Part shown: positions 14,557 to 28,180 of the stretch, piece after piece
Numbering within the stretch: position 1 is the stretch's first letter
How the letters are laid out: the number at the start of each line of letters is the position of its first letter
Origin: Paraspadella gotoi
Taxonomy: Eukaryota; Animalia; Chaetognatha
Assembly (NCBI GenBank): GCA_051294375.1
Contig: CM119263.1
Location: forward strand, 30,505,376-30,569,375
Length of the DNA stretch: 64,000 nucleotides
Direction of reading: 5' to 3'
Position numbers and translations under genes: made by a program
Notes under the pieces: model-generated
What the model was told of the DNA's origin: nothing
The model's input: the letters and a program-made list of their open reading frames with translations, nothing else
Databases searched by the model: none

Positions 14557-16147
14557 NNNNNNNNNNNNNNNNNNNNNNNNNAAGAGTCGATACTTGTCCG
14601 ACTAAATTGTCTAATAAAAATTGTTGTTTATCATACAAAAACTTTTTTCCTAAAATTTTAAACGCAACGAAAAGAAAGAATCATAACAAGGATTTATATT
14701 AAATTTGGTGGATATTTGAAGATGAAAAGGAAAAGATAAAGAAACGAAGGTCTATAGACAATTTAGTCGGATGTTTCAAGAGTCGATACTTGTCCGACTA
14801 AATTGTCTAATAAAAATCGTTGTTTGTCATAAAAAAATCTGTTCTTTCTTAAAATATAAATCCTCAAAATTTTCCCCCGCCCTTACCTGAAATTGATTTT
14901 TTAAAAGAAAATTATTTTTTTCCCGTCCTCTTTTATTCTCCTCTCCCTCTCTCACCATATTTTCCCCCCTCTCTCTCTTCTCAATTTTTTCAATTTTTTT
15001 TTCCTTTTTTCTATTTTCTTTTTTCTATCCTAATCTTTCTTATTCTTTCTTCCCCTAACTTTATACCTTTACGTTCCTTTCTTTTTCTTTCTCTCTTTTC
15101 CCCTCCTTCTTTCCCCCCTTTCTTTTCTCTCCTTTTTTCTGCCCTTCAAGTATTTTTTTACTTTCTCCCAATTTTTTTTGTTTTTCCTTTCAACTAATTT
15201 TATGCTTTTACATCTTAGAGACAAAGTTTGAAATAATTGGCAATAACGATTTATTTTCAAGATGAAAACGTACATGCTTCGGCTTTTTTACAAGCCCTCT
15301 TCAGCGTCAATTTAGTTTGTGAAACTATTAGACAGATTTTGTGTAGAAGAAGGGGAGAGAGAGAGAAAAAGAGAGAGAGAAACAGAGAAACTTTGCCTTC
15401 TCTCTCTCTCTCTCCCCAATCTTCTACACAAAATCTGTCTAATAATTTTACAAACTAAATTGACGCTGAAGAAGGCTTGTAAAAACATGTCCGTTTTCAT
15501 CCTGAAAATAAATTGTTGTTGCCAATTATTTCAAACTCTAATCTCTAATCACAACGAAAGAAAGGATTACATTACACAATGCATTTACATCAAAGAATAT
15601 TTTGAAATATAATATATATGTAAATACATACATATTCTTACAAATTAAATTTTTACATGAAAAACTTTTTATTATATTTTGTTATTAAAAAAAATAAATA
15701 ATTCTTCGTTTTCTCTCTTTTTCTTTCCCTCTTTAGAACGAACAAAGAAGCAAATGAAATAAAACTGAATGAATGAAAGAAATTAATAAAAAAATTATTA
15801 TAAAAAATTTAAGAATTAATAATAAAAGGAAGGAATCTTTAAAAAGACCTTAAGGCTAACTAAAAATATCCTTCAATGATGATATACTTTTTAATAAACG
15901 AAAAAAAAAATTTATTAATCAATAAATCTTTTGATCAATAGCTCAATCAATAAACCATTCAATCAATAAACTAAATATTATATTTTTATATTTATAATTA
16001 TGGTCATGGTTTATGAAAGACTAACAACTAGAAAAATAATGAGGAAGAGAAATAGAGAAAGAAAAAAGAGAAAGCGAAAAAGAGAAAGAGAGAACGAGAA
16101 AACTTAATATAAAATTAGAATTACATTGTGCTTTTTCTTTCTTTGAC

Positions 16148-17020
16148 TTTTTAGTCGGATCTGCTTATCAGCAGATCCCGACTCTAAAATTCACTTTGTC
16201 GGTCCGTCGGTCCGCCCCCTCAATATTGTCGGGCACTAACTATATCATGTCAGAACATCGAATTATGATAAATTATGCAAAAAAATGATGTCCGTCCGTC
16301 TGTCCGTCCGTCCGTCCGTCCGTCCGTCCGTCCGTCCGGCCGTCCCACCTTAGCAAAAAACACCAATTACCGTGATTGCGTGGATGGATTGGAATGAAAT
16401 TTTGTGTGCGGGTAGGGAAGTGTGTGATTGAGATGTATATGAAGTTTCGAGGGAATCGTGCGAGTGGAAATTGGTTTAAATGGAAAAAACAAAAAAATAT
16501 AATTCACTATTTGAACACCAATTGCTCATGAGTGGATGGGGCGATTGGCCTGGAATTTTATATGTGGGTAGGAAAGTGTGTGATTGAACTGGAAATCAAG
16601 TTTCGATGGTATCGTTTGAGTGGAAATGAGTTTAAATGGAAAAAAACAAAAATTGATTATGCTTCTTTTTCCTTTTATATTAAATGTATATGCAGGATGT
16701 ATTAATAATCAAATAATTAATCAGTTAATTAATCAATTAGTCAATTAATTAATCAATAATTCATTAATCAGCTAGATATAAAGTTTTGACGGAATTGTGC
16801 CAGTGGAAATGAGTTTAAATGAAAAAACATAAGTCACATTTACTTGAATCTTTATGATTTATGATTACTAATAAATGTTTTATATTAATTAATTAATTAA
16901 TGTGGAAAAATGTTGCAATTTAAAAAAATTATGCAAGTTGAAAAAATGATGCAAGTTGAAAAAATGATGCAAGTAAAAAAATCTTAAAAGCATAAGGATC
17001 GTCGCAATTGCATAATTGCG

Positions 17021-17053
<33 letters not shown>

Positions 17054-17169
17054 GGAAATAAAAAGGAAATTAAAACTTGATGTTGCAATAGCAAAATGAT
17101 AACATGCACGAATTCGATGCATAATTTTACGAGTTCAATCCTAATTCAATTTTTTTTTAACAAAAACGC

Positions 17170-17200
<31 letters not shown>

Positions 17201-18427
17201 GAGAGAGCGAGAGAGAGCGAGAGAGAGCGAGAGAGAGCGAGAGAGAGAGAGATCGTTTTCGGACGAATCAGCAGCGGCAGCAGCAGAGACAGCCAGAAAA
17301 AAAGAAAGAAATCAAAAGGCAGCAGCAGAAGCAGCAGGAGAAAAGAGAGAAAAAGAAAGAGCCCCTGCAGAGCCTTCTACAGACTCGTTTTTTTCCCGAT
17401 GAATCAGCAATTATCATCAATAATTAATAATCAGTCAATTTATCAATCAATTAATTATTCAATCAACCAATTTATTTATCTATTAATTAATTATTTAATC
17501 AATCAATTCATTTATCTATTATTTGATTAATCAATCAATCAAGTCAATCATTATCGGCATTATTCTCATCGTCGTCATTGCTTTTGTCATGGTTAGTGAC
17601 GAAAATACCTAAACAAACATTTCAAATCAAATTAATTAACTAATTGCCTAATTAATTGCTCATGAGTGGATGGGGCAATTGACCTAGAATTTTGTATGTG
17701 GGTAGGAAAGTGTGTGATTGAACAGGAAAACAAGTTTCGATGGAATCGTTTGAGTGGAAATGAGTTTAAATGGAAAAAACAAAAATTGATTATGCTTCTT
17801 TTTCCTTTTATATTAAATGTATATGCAGGTGTATTAATAAATCAAATAATTAATCAGTTAATCAATAAATTAGTCAATTAATCAATAATTAATTAATCAG
17901 TCAATTAATCCGTCTCCGTCCCACCTTAGCAAAAAGCTCCAATAACTCGTGATTGGCTGGTTGAATTGGAATGAAATTTTGTGTGTGGGTAGGAAAATGT
18001 GTGACGAAGCTTGATATAAAGTTTCGGTGGAAACGTACGAGTGGAAATGAGTTTAAATGAGAAAATATGATTCACATTTACTTGAATCTTTTTATTTATT
18101 TTAACCCATGATAGATTGAGATGAAATTTTGTGAGCCGGTATAAAGTTTTGACGGAATTGTGCAAGTGGAAATGAGTTTAAATGGAATTAATGATTAGTA
18201 ATAAATGTTTTAATTTATTAATTAATTAATTAATGTGAAAAAATGATGCAATTTAAAAATTATGCAAGTTGAAAATGATGCAAGTTGAAAAAATGATGAA
18301 AGTTGAAAGATGATGAAAGTTGAAAAAATGATGCAAATTGAAAAAATGATGCAAAATGAAAAAATGATGCAAGTTGAAAAAATGATGCAAGTTAAAAAAT
18401 TTAAAAGCAATCGTCGCAATTGCATAA

Positions 18428-18487
<60 letters not shown>

Positions 18488-18754
18488 AAGAGACATAAAA
18501 TAAAATATAATTAATTAATTAATTTAAAATTAATTAATTAATAATTTAATAATTATTTATTAATAATTAATTAATTAATTAATAATTAATTAATTAATTA
18601 CAAATTAAATAATAAATTAATAATAATTATTTATTAATAATTATTTATTAATAATTATTTATTAATAATTATTTATTAATAATTAATTAATTATTAATTA
18701 ATTAATTAATTAATTATCGTAGGCAGATCCGACATTGTTTGCTCAAACTTGTTT
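16148..18754 (+). mobile_element. Composite HINE-like family A element
   Basis: Family A subTIRs, (GTCC)n, an 18-bp AAAAAATGATGCAAGTTG array and the 3' hairpin. Confidence 0.8.
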
Positions 18755-19154
18755 ATATTTATATTATGCTTAAGGCAAAATAAAAAACTTGTATGCAAGA
18801 TTTATCATGATGTATTATTTGATTAGATGATAAGCTCATTTATCATGGGTAATTTCAAGATAGTTAGCTCAAAACAATTTTTCTTTTACTAACTATCTTT
18901 TACTATCTATCTGAAATAGAAGATAGAAGGTTCAGGAGCCAAATTAAAGAGAAAATTACCATTAAATACTTTAGTTTGTTTTAAATATTAGTATTTTAAA
19001 TTTAAAGTTAAATTATAAAACTAACCGATTTTAACGGTTAACCGTTAAAAATGTTAGTTTTAGAATTTCCTGAAAAATTAACGGTTAACGAAACTCTATC
19101 CAAAGCATCATTAAACCAAGGACAATATTTTTAAGTTACGGTTTCGTTTAATAT

Positions 19155-22100
19155 TTAGGTAACTACCTCATAGAAATCTTTGATATCTAAATACGTCTGC
19201 AACGAAGTTCCATACAACTTTTCCACGATCAATCCTGCTCTATCCCTGATTTTCTTTAAAGCTTTATAATTCATCCTCAAGAGAACGCAGTCACTCAGCG
19301 CTATCACGTCATTTCGCCAAACTTCGAGCTTGAAATCGGACGGATTTGAATTTTTTATTCCAAAACAAGCTCCGGGATTTAAAGTTTTACAATTGTAACT
19401 ATTATCCAGGACTTTTTTCGTCAAGCGATGTTTGTAGCTCGCTTTAGAGTTTTTTGACGATTTCGATGATTTTGTGGCCTTTCTAATGTCGGAACTCATT
19501 TCTTCATTCGGTATTGCAACTTTGCCGTTAAGAAGAATAAAAATAGAGTCAATTATTTGTCCTTCTTCCAAGATTTCTTGTCCTCTTGGTACAAAAACTG
19601 TGTTAAACTCGTTCGTAACAATAGACAGCTGATCTTTGGGTATCTGACTTAAGCCTAATCTATGATAGATGGTTCGATATTTACTCAATCTCATTTGAGT
19701 CAGCGTATGCGACGGAATGCAATCGTATTCATTGACAAGAGTTACCAAAAATTCGTCCGAAGAAAGATAAATTTCCTCGTTGATACTCGCCTGTTTTCTT
19801 AAACGATTATTAATTTCTTTAACTTCTAAAAACTGTTTGAGGTTTTTGAGCCTCTGCGATTTTTTAATGCTGGTTCGATTAAGTGAGATGAAAACTCCGG
19901 TAGTATTGGCAATTAAATAGATAGCATGAATTAGATTAATAAAGTAACAGACTATATACGTATAATTAAATATTTCTGTCCCAGAGTTTAGTTGTACATT
20001 TATCCACAAACCTGTGTTAGTGAATAAACTTGTTGATAAGTACAAGACAATTGAGTAAAAGGCCAATAAAGAATTCGATATATGATACTGATCGCCATCA
20101 AATATCAACAAACGCATCCCATTTTCATAATATTTTGGTAGAACATAAGAAACGATGTTTTCCTTTACCTTATGGATGTACCCTTTCAGTCCCAAGATAA
20201 CATGACCACTCTCAGTCAATGGAAACGTATTTTCTTGAAGGCCGTGTGCAAATGAAGAATAATATATTTTCTTCACGTCCGGGTCGCGACCGGGATTCAA
20301 AGAATAACTGTACTTGCTCCATATCGTACACCGACTCCCCTTCTGAGTCTCTGAATAAATTGGATCGCATATAGTATGCGTCAAAAAGATAGTGAGAAGG
20401 AGGATGTGAATCGTCGTTCTTGACAAATACTCCCAAATCAGAATAATTGTCAAGTATTCGGGACATACTTTTTTGAAAGCTCTCAGCCTGCGGAACGGTT
20501 CCAAGAAACGGACTAGTATATACGGTCGTAAATAAACGTATTCTGTTGTGGTATCGGCTAAGGAAATTAAAATATCCCATGGAAACACGATAACAACGTG
20601 ATACAAGATCGAGAATGGATTCATTATTTCCTTCCAGTTCGACGTAGTCACTAATGTTTGCTGAAACACCGCATAGGCTTCTGTGATTATCAAGCTGTCC
20701 AAAAATGAGTTAATTGCCCTCAGCAAGTTAATGTCGGCAAGCATTTGAGCCTGAAATATATTGATTATAACGGAAATTATATATATCGTGCTCATAATCA
20801 AACAATGTACGACGAATTGAAATCTTACGCTTAATAACCTAAATTTTATGTTCAAAACTTTTGCTATTCTGGGGTAGCGGTTTTTCTTTGTAAAAATGTA
20901 AAATGTCGAAGCGCAGTTGCTTATTAGTTCGTGAGTTTTTTCATCCCTCTGTTTGTGATTGAATAAAACTTGAATATCTTCGGAGCATATCTCCCTCGCA
21001 GGCGCGGTTCTTATCAACACATCCAGCCAATCCTTTTGCATTTTGCGATTATTTAGAAGGCCTCGGTATATGATCTCTTCTCTGATGTAAAATCCCATGA
21101 CGTAAGTTTTAGTGAGGAGATTAGCAGGTTGCATCCCGAGCCAAAGACCGATGATTCCCACGGTGTCGTTCGGCCCGTATTGCGTGACAACCCCATAATC
21201 GTCCACAGAGAGACAAACTCCTCTTATTATGCGAAACAATGATACGTCGGCAGTCGAAGAATACCAAATGACGTAGCCTTAAAAGCCGGGGATTACTATT
21301 ACTGAAGTAGCCTAAATACTGACATTTAATTTCTAAAATTTGGCACACAGTGCAACTTTTCAGTCGAGGAAACCAAAAATTCGAGGTGGTCTCCTCGTAA
21401 TATGAGGATGTTGAAGTAGCTCGTTAACATATAAAGTACAGCCCTTTTTTAATTTATCAATAGATTTGAATACAAATTTATTTTTATATTATTTTTAATA
21501 TTGTATTATTTTCTATCTTTTCGTTGCTAAGTGAATATTAAGAAAGGTTTATTGTTGTGCCAATCCCGGGGGGGCCAGCTCATTTTTGAGCTCTTTCTTC
21601 TCTTATATATATTTCACTTTTTCAATTTTCATTACTACTTACTAACTTGTTTAACTTTTGTTATTAATTCAAAATCAGCTTATTTCTAAGTTTGTCAAAA
21701 ATTTTTATCTTTGTTGTACATTGTCAAATGTAATTATTTCTCCCTCTCTCTCTCTCTCTCTCTTTCATTTTTCACCATTTCAAAATTATCTTCTTCTTCT
21801 CTGTTCTTACCTTCACCTGTCCTCTCTCATCTGGCCACTGTCCTTTACTCAGCCCTTTGTTGGAAACTCTCTCTCAATCTCTCTCATTCTCTCTTTCTCT
21901 CACTCCCTAACTTAATGTGTAGAGCATTTTGTTAATGTTTTTTCAAAGCTGAAGAAAACTCAAACCAATAGAGTCGAAACATGTACTCTTATTAAATAAA
22001 AAATCGTTGTATTGGCACAATAATAAACCTTTCTAAATATTTTTAATATTTAATTATTATTTTATTTTGAAATTTTATTTTTCTTACATACCTGGTGGAT

Positions 22101-22677
22101 AAAAAACATAATTACCATTTCCCACGATAAAATTTTTAAAGTCGTAATCATAGTCAAACAGACTAGTTTCACCCTTCATCATCATATTTTGAACTTTTCC
22201 CGAATTTTTTATGTGGAGCGGCAAATTTATTAGTTTGTCCTTTGGCAAATAATAAATTCTGTTATAAATCAAATAGTTCAGTCGAAAATAAGAAATGCAC
22301 TGGATTTTCAATGAGGCGTCTTGGCTTTGAAGAAGGTTTTTCAGCGTCCTCAGATTTTCATTGTAAAATTTTAAGTATTTGTGATGAACCATGGATTTGC
22401 AAGCAATTTTTGCGCTGATAGTCGTTGTTGCAAACATTGCAAACACGGTGCCGACCATGAAGGGCACCGTTTTTATGAAATTAGTGAATGCTACATAGGT
22501 ATTTGAATTTCCAAAAGCAAAAACGTAATCTATGAAATGAACCAGGATGACTCCGTATCGGGAGGTCCAAAAATTTATTATATCATCTTTATTCTTATGA
22601 GTCCTGCAAAATTTTTCAAGAAGTCGCGACGACAGAATGTTGGAGTACGCCTTTGCCGACGCGAGATTCCTCAGCAT
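19155..22677 (-). CDS. 3' exons of a multi-repeat CNG/CNGK-like channel (exons about 22677-22092 and 21277-19155)
   Basis: Splice CCAG|gtatgt ... ttttaag|GC joins VFYPPG to YVIWYSSTADVSLFRIIRG, forming a CNBD. A second full repeat follows: S4-like LVRFLEPFRRLR, pore SLFTNTGLW, C-linker, and CNBD FVPRGQEILEEGQIIDSIFILLNGKV..LNPGACFG..WRNDVIALSDC. Confidence 0.8.
21537..22037 (+). mobile_element. Penelope-like pLTR fragment with minimal hammerhead
   Basis: GGGGGCCAGCTCATTTTTGAGCTC head shared with 48.85 and 60.43 kb; CTGAAGA-AAACTC..GAGTC-GAAAC-ATGTA at 21949-21985; bounded by the inverted repeat AGAAAGGTTTATTGTTGTGCCAAT. Confidence 0.6.
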
Positions 22678-24731
22678 AACGTTGTTGGGTAGCTCTTAAA
22701 ATAATTTCATGTGGTTGAGCTTTAATGATGCTTTTTGTGATTATTAGGTTAAGGCTTAAGCTGTTACCATCTAGGAAAAAACTATCACATTTTTAGTTGA
22801 GGATATTTACTCGAAAACTTGTTTGATTTAAAAAAAATCAGAATATTTCCAATTCTATATTAAATTTCTTATCAGTAGCTTTATTCCATTTTTGTAGCTC
22901 AAATCGTTTAGAAGTTACAGGCAAAAAAAGATTGCTTCCTCAAATAAAAAATTGTAGAAAAAATCATATTTAATTTTTTAAAATTTTTAGTATTAGTTAT
23001 TTTTATTTCGAATTGAATTAATTATTTTTTTAAAATTTGGTAATGCTATAGGTATTACACCTTTTTTTTGGTTCATAAAGGTGCTCTTGTGGACGAACAT
23101 CAAGAACACGCAACCTCGGTCAAACCACATGACCTTACCAAACTTACCTCGCTCAATTCCCCCAACTTATTTATGGTCAAAACGTTGACCTTTATGGTCA
23201 AACGTTGACCTTTGTAAATACCATTGTAATAGACTTAGCATCTGAGCATTTTGACTGTTATTGTTTATAACGTTGTTGAAGAATAAATCATTCTTACTCT
23301 GAAACTTGTTGCGTCCACACTCTTTTAGTTTTCAGAATAGGGAAAGATGTGTAACATTGTAAGAGGGGCTGAAAATAATTGCGTTAAAGGTGTGGAAAAA
23401 AATTTCACCATCATACCTCAATTCGCTGTATGAGAGTATGCCCAGACAAATTCCGGCAGGAGTCGATGCCAAAGGAAGGCACACCAAATATTGAGAATGT
23501 TTTACATATATTTTATATAAAAATTATAAAATTATTTATTTCATAATTTTTTGTTGAATAAATTAACTTTTTAACAATTATATGATATATAAGAGCTGAC
23601 GTCGTTCTTAGAGATCGAGAAAGATTTTTTCAATGGAGATTTTTGTTCAAATCTAACTACCAAACAATACCAGTGGCTGCGCCAATACATGTAAATCGCT
23701 TTCAAGGGCTTAAGCTGAACTGTTACTGTGGCACTAATATTTTTTTTTCAACTTGCATCATTTAGGATTAAAAACCCGTTAAGGTAAAGAGGATTAAAGA
23801 AGAAAAAGTAGTAATGAAGGTATACTTAAATAGAATATGCTTGAATAGCATAGTCAATGTCAGTTTGTGCGGGGTGAAGTATTGAAGGATTCGAATCCTT
23901 AACAGTTCTATCGAAAGTTACAGTGAAAAAAATAAACGCAACTCCCAACAAAACCACCAGGGCTCAAACCTGAGCGTAAGTTTAGTGTAAGTACATATCT
24001 ATATGTTTATACTATGTAAATGAAAAAGTATGAATACAAAAATTTTAGATGAGCATTATTATACAATTTTATAAAAGATACATTTTAAAATACATAATAA
24101 ATATATTGGAATATATGTTTAATGCTGTACCCATTTTAAAAATTGTAATCTATCATTAGGAGACTATTTACCTTTGCAAATTGAAGATGCCCTGTCACTG
24201 TATTCTGATCCGATCCTGAGGCTCTACATGTGCAGCTATTGAACATTCAAAGCTTGTTAAGATAGCTGGTAAGATATTTAATAAGTCAAAAGAATATAAA
24301 AAGTAAGAATTCGGTAATATAAATAACGTTAGAGGGATAATTAAATTTAAAAAAAAATTAATATTTTATGTATAGTTTTTTTTAAATTCATAATTTTTAA
24401 AAATAGATTCGGGAAGAGATTGAAAAAATGAATAAAAATATTATTACAAGATTTTTAAATTGTTATGTTTTATTAGTTAAAAATAGCAAAAACTATAAAA
24501 ATTATGGTATGATGATGATGATGATGATTTTTAATGGTTTTTCCCTTATTTGACCCACTTATCATCAAAATATTGAAAAACGCATTTTATTTTGTGTAGA
24601 CTTTTTATAGGGTATCTAAATCCGCTCTTAAGAAAGAAAATTCTAAAAAAAAATTTTTTTTCATTGCCTATGCATTTATAAATATTTAAAGGATTTAATA
24701 TTATACTGTGCTTTATTAGTTAAAAAGTGAT

Positions 24732-25457
24732 ATTGAAGAGGCTCGTTTTACAGGGCGCCACACCCGCAGCGGTGTCACCTCGTGGCGACAGCGAGACAGC
24801 ATGTTCATGTAGTCCAGAGCTTTGGATCTGGCAGTAGGCCCATGCCTACAGGCGGGTTACCCGGTCCATCCCACTTTCTACATGACAACCTCAGGGCTCG
24901 AACCAGGGACGCATATTGGGATGGTGCATTAGTCCACTGAGCCACTGAGGCGCTGCAAAAGAAACAGCTTTAATCCATCTGTGTTGATAGGACCACCAGA
25001 CAGCCGCCCCCAGGACTCTTACATATGAGAGTATGAAGTAAGGGATGAAGCGCATGTCTCTCCGCTGAACCTCTCTTCATTCTGGTGGCCTTGCTTTGAG
25101 TGGCAGCTGCGTAGCTCAAACCACATCAAGGGCAGAGGAGTATTATCATGCCTGGTTGGTTGTGTGTTCATATCACATCGGGTTTACAATTGAAGAGGCT
25201 GGTTTTACAGGGCGCCACACCCGCAGCGGTGTCACCTCGTGGCAACAGTGAGACAGCATGTTCATGTAGTCCAGAGCTTTGGATCTGGCAGTCAGCCTAT
25301 GCCTACCGGCGGGTTACCCGGTCCATCCCACTTTCTACATGACAACCTCAGGGCTCGAACCAGGGACGCACATTGGGATGGTGCATTAGTCCACTGAGCC
25401 ACTGAGGCGCTGCGAAAGAAACAGCTTTAATCCATCTGTGGTGATAGGACCACCAGA
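24732..25457 (-). mobile_element. Two direct copies (24732-25000 and 25189-25457) of a tRNA-derived SINE-like repeat
   Basis: Each ~270-bp copy has a minus-strand A box TGGCTCAGTGG and B box GGTTCGAGCCC. Confidence 0.7.
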
Positions 25458-26084
25458 ATATTATATAATGAAATTGGTACAACCAATATAAAAATTATCC
25501 ATTCATTTAATAAATAAGCTATCTTGCCCCTGACTTTGGACAGGCTTTGGTGGTTTAAGGCCTCCATCACTCTTACAAGATAATGACATAGCAGGTCCCT
25601 GCAAGCTTTCAATCAAGACTCTCTCACAGTCTCGTTTATTCACTCCCAGAGTATAATATAATATAAAAATTTTATATTATAGAACTCTTAATGATAAAAG
25701 TGATCAATTTTGGCCCGCCTTAATATCTAATGCAGGCTATACCTGTCCCTGCTAAATCCTAATACCTTTTTGATATTTACCTGGAGAGGTGAGACAATTA
25801 TCTATCTTGCTTGCAAATTTTGAAAGAAAAGTATATTCTAGGTCTTGTGTAAGGAGGGTTCAAGAGTCTGTGTAATAAAGGTAATTGTTATTACTTTAAT
25901 TTAATTTTACATGAAATGATATACTTATTTACCCTTTAGAATTGTTTTTGGCAGACATACTACAATAAGGTGATGATCTGAATAATAAAATGGAAGTACT
26001 TCAATGGAATTATAATTCAAATGTGTAATATTGGTATAAATTTGATTTGATTTGATTGTAAATAGTTGTTCCAAATTTAATAAT

Positions 26085-27197
26085 TGGTTCTAGTTGGTTG
26101 GCGACTTCGCCATGGCGAATGTCGCCAGGGCTTTGGCGATGTCGCCAGTCCCCCCACTGGCGACCTCGCCAGTGATAAAAGTAGCGAATATAATGAAAAG
26201 CGCAGCTAACACGGGGATGAGCATCACCTTCAGGCTCCTCTCCCAACCCTAACCCTAAACCAAACCTCCCGTTCAACTCTGTGCCTCTCCCTAACCCTAA
26301 CCGGGCCTGGGCTCCCGTACATCTCCATGCCTCAACCCTAACCCTAACTGCCTTTGATGCATCAACCACGGGCCCTCCCCAACCCTAACCCTAAACCAAG
26401 CCTTCCGTTCAACTCTGTGCCTCTCCCCTAACCCTAACCCAGGCTCAGCCTCCCGTACATCTCCGTGCCTCAACCCTAACCCTAACCGCCTTCGATGCAT
26501 CAACACGGGCCCTCCCCCAACCCTAACCCTAAACTAAGCCTCCCGTTCAACTCCATGCCTCTCCCCTAACCCTAACTCAGGCCCAGCCTCTGTACATCTC
26601 CGTGCCTCAACCCTAACCTAACCGCCTTCGATGCATCAACCATGGGTCCCTCCCGCAACCTAACCCTAAACCAAGCCTCCGTTCAACTCCATGCCTCTCC
26701 CCTAACCCTAAACCAGGCCCGGCTCCGTACATCTCCGTACCTCAACCCTAACCCTAATTGCCTTCGATATATAACCCACGGGCCTCTCTCCCAACCCTAA
26801 CCCTAACCGGGCCCAGGCCTCCCGTACATCTCCGTACCTCAACCCTAACCCTAATTGCCTTCGATATATAACCCACGGGCCTCTCTCCCACCCTAACCCT
26901 AAACCGGGCCCAGGCCTCCCGTACATCTCCGTGCCTCAACCCTAACCCTAACGCGGGCCTCTTGGTCATCAACAACACCCTCCCTACCCCTATCCTAAAA
27001 TTGACATTAATAATGCCTAAAATAAACTTAACTTAACTCAACCCTAACCCTAACCTAAATACTCAACCCTAACCCTAACTACTACCTACTCAACCCTAAC
27101 CCTAAACCAACTCAACCCTAACCCTAACCCTAATCTGAGTTATTTTAGGCGAAATTGCCATAACTAGAACGCTAGATGTAGTTCAGTGCGAAATCGC
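26085..27197 (+). repeat. Element arm of ~137-bp and ~93-bp units punctuated by (CCCTAA)2
   Basis: Unit anchor CCCTAAACCAAGCCTCCC recurs near 26253, 26390, 26529 and 26665. Homologous to 32716-33780, 33810-34861 and 44951-47883. Confidence 0.9.
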
Positions 27198-27204
27198 ATT
27201 TGCT

Positions 27205-28180
27205 TAAACCCTAACCCTAACCTACACTACTCAACCCTAACCCTAACTCAAAAATCCAAACATATCTACTAAAACTACTCAACCCTAACCTAAAACACAA
27301 TTTGTAAACTCTCTAACCCTAACCCATGCTTTGATAACGATATTCAACCCTAACCCTAACCCTAACCTCGAGAATCTCATACGTCAAGCTAAAAAATGCA
27401 TTTGTAAACTCTCAAACCCTAACCCTAACTCAAAAATCCAAACATACCTACTAAAACTACTCAACCCTAACCCTAAAACACAATTTGTAAACTCTCTAAC
27501 CCTAACCCATGCTTTGATAACGATATTCAACCTAACCTCGAGAATCTCATACGTCAAGCTAAAAAATGCATTTGTAAACTCTCAAACCCTAACCCTAACT
27601 CAAAAACTCAATACGTCCTTATTTTTATGTTTTGTAAACTCTTCAACCCTAACCCTAGCTAAAAAACGCGTTTGTAAACTCCCTAACCCTAACCCTAACT
27701 CGAAAAACTGAATACGTCCTTATTTTTATATTTTGTAAACTCTTCAACCCTAACCCTAGCTAAAAAAACGCGTTTGTAAACTCCCAAACCCTAACCCTAA
27801 CTAAAAAAATTCAATATGTCCATATTTTATATTTTGTAAACTCTTCAACCCTAACCCTAGCTAAAAACGCGTTTGTAAACTCCCTAACCCTAACTCGAAA
27901 AACTCAATACGTCCTTATTTTTATATTTTGTAAACTCTTCAACCCTAACCCTAGCTAAAAAACGCGTTTGTAAACTCCCTAACCCTAACCCTAACTCGAA
28001 AAACTCAATACGTCCTTATTTTTATATTTTGTAAACTCTTCAACCCTAACCCTAGCCAGAATCTCATACATTGTATTTATTTTCATTTAAATATCAACGT
28101 AAACTGCTAAACCCTAACCCTGTAGTTCAAATATTAGTATTTTTTACCATGTGTAAACTGCTCAACCCTAACCCGTAGTA
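27205..28180 (+). repeat. CCCTAA-containing satellites (~180-bp x2, then ~99-bp x5)
   Basis: AATACGTCCT anchor near 27610, 27711, 27813, 27906 and 28007. Confidence 0.85.

Noticed and set aside
10513-18498. ORFs rich in ER/SL/LHHFFN repeats
   Set aside because: They are translations of (GA)n microsatellites and 18-bp arrays inside HINE-like repeats.
26010-27711. GLGLG/VRVRV/NPNPN ORFs
   Set aside because: They are translations of TTAGGG/CCCTAA repeats.
26230-28060. CRISPR-like repeat-spacer pattern
   Set aside because: The spacers are themselves repeated, the context is eukaryotic, and there are no cas genes.
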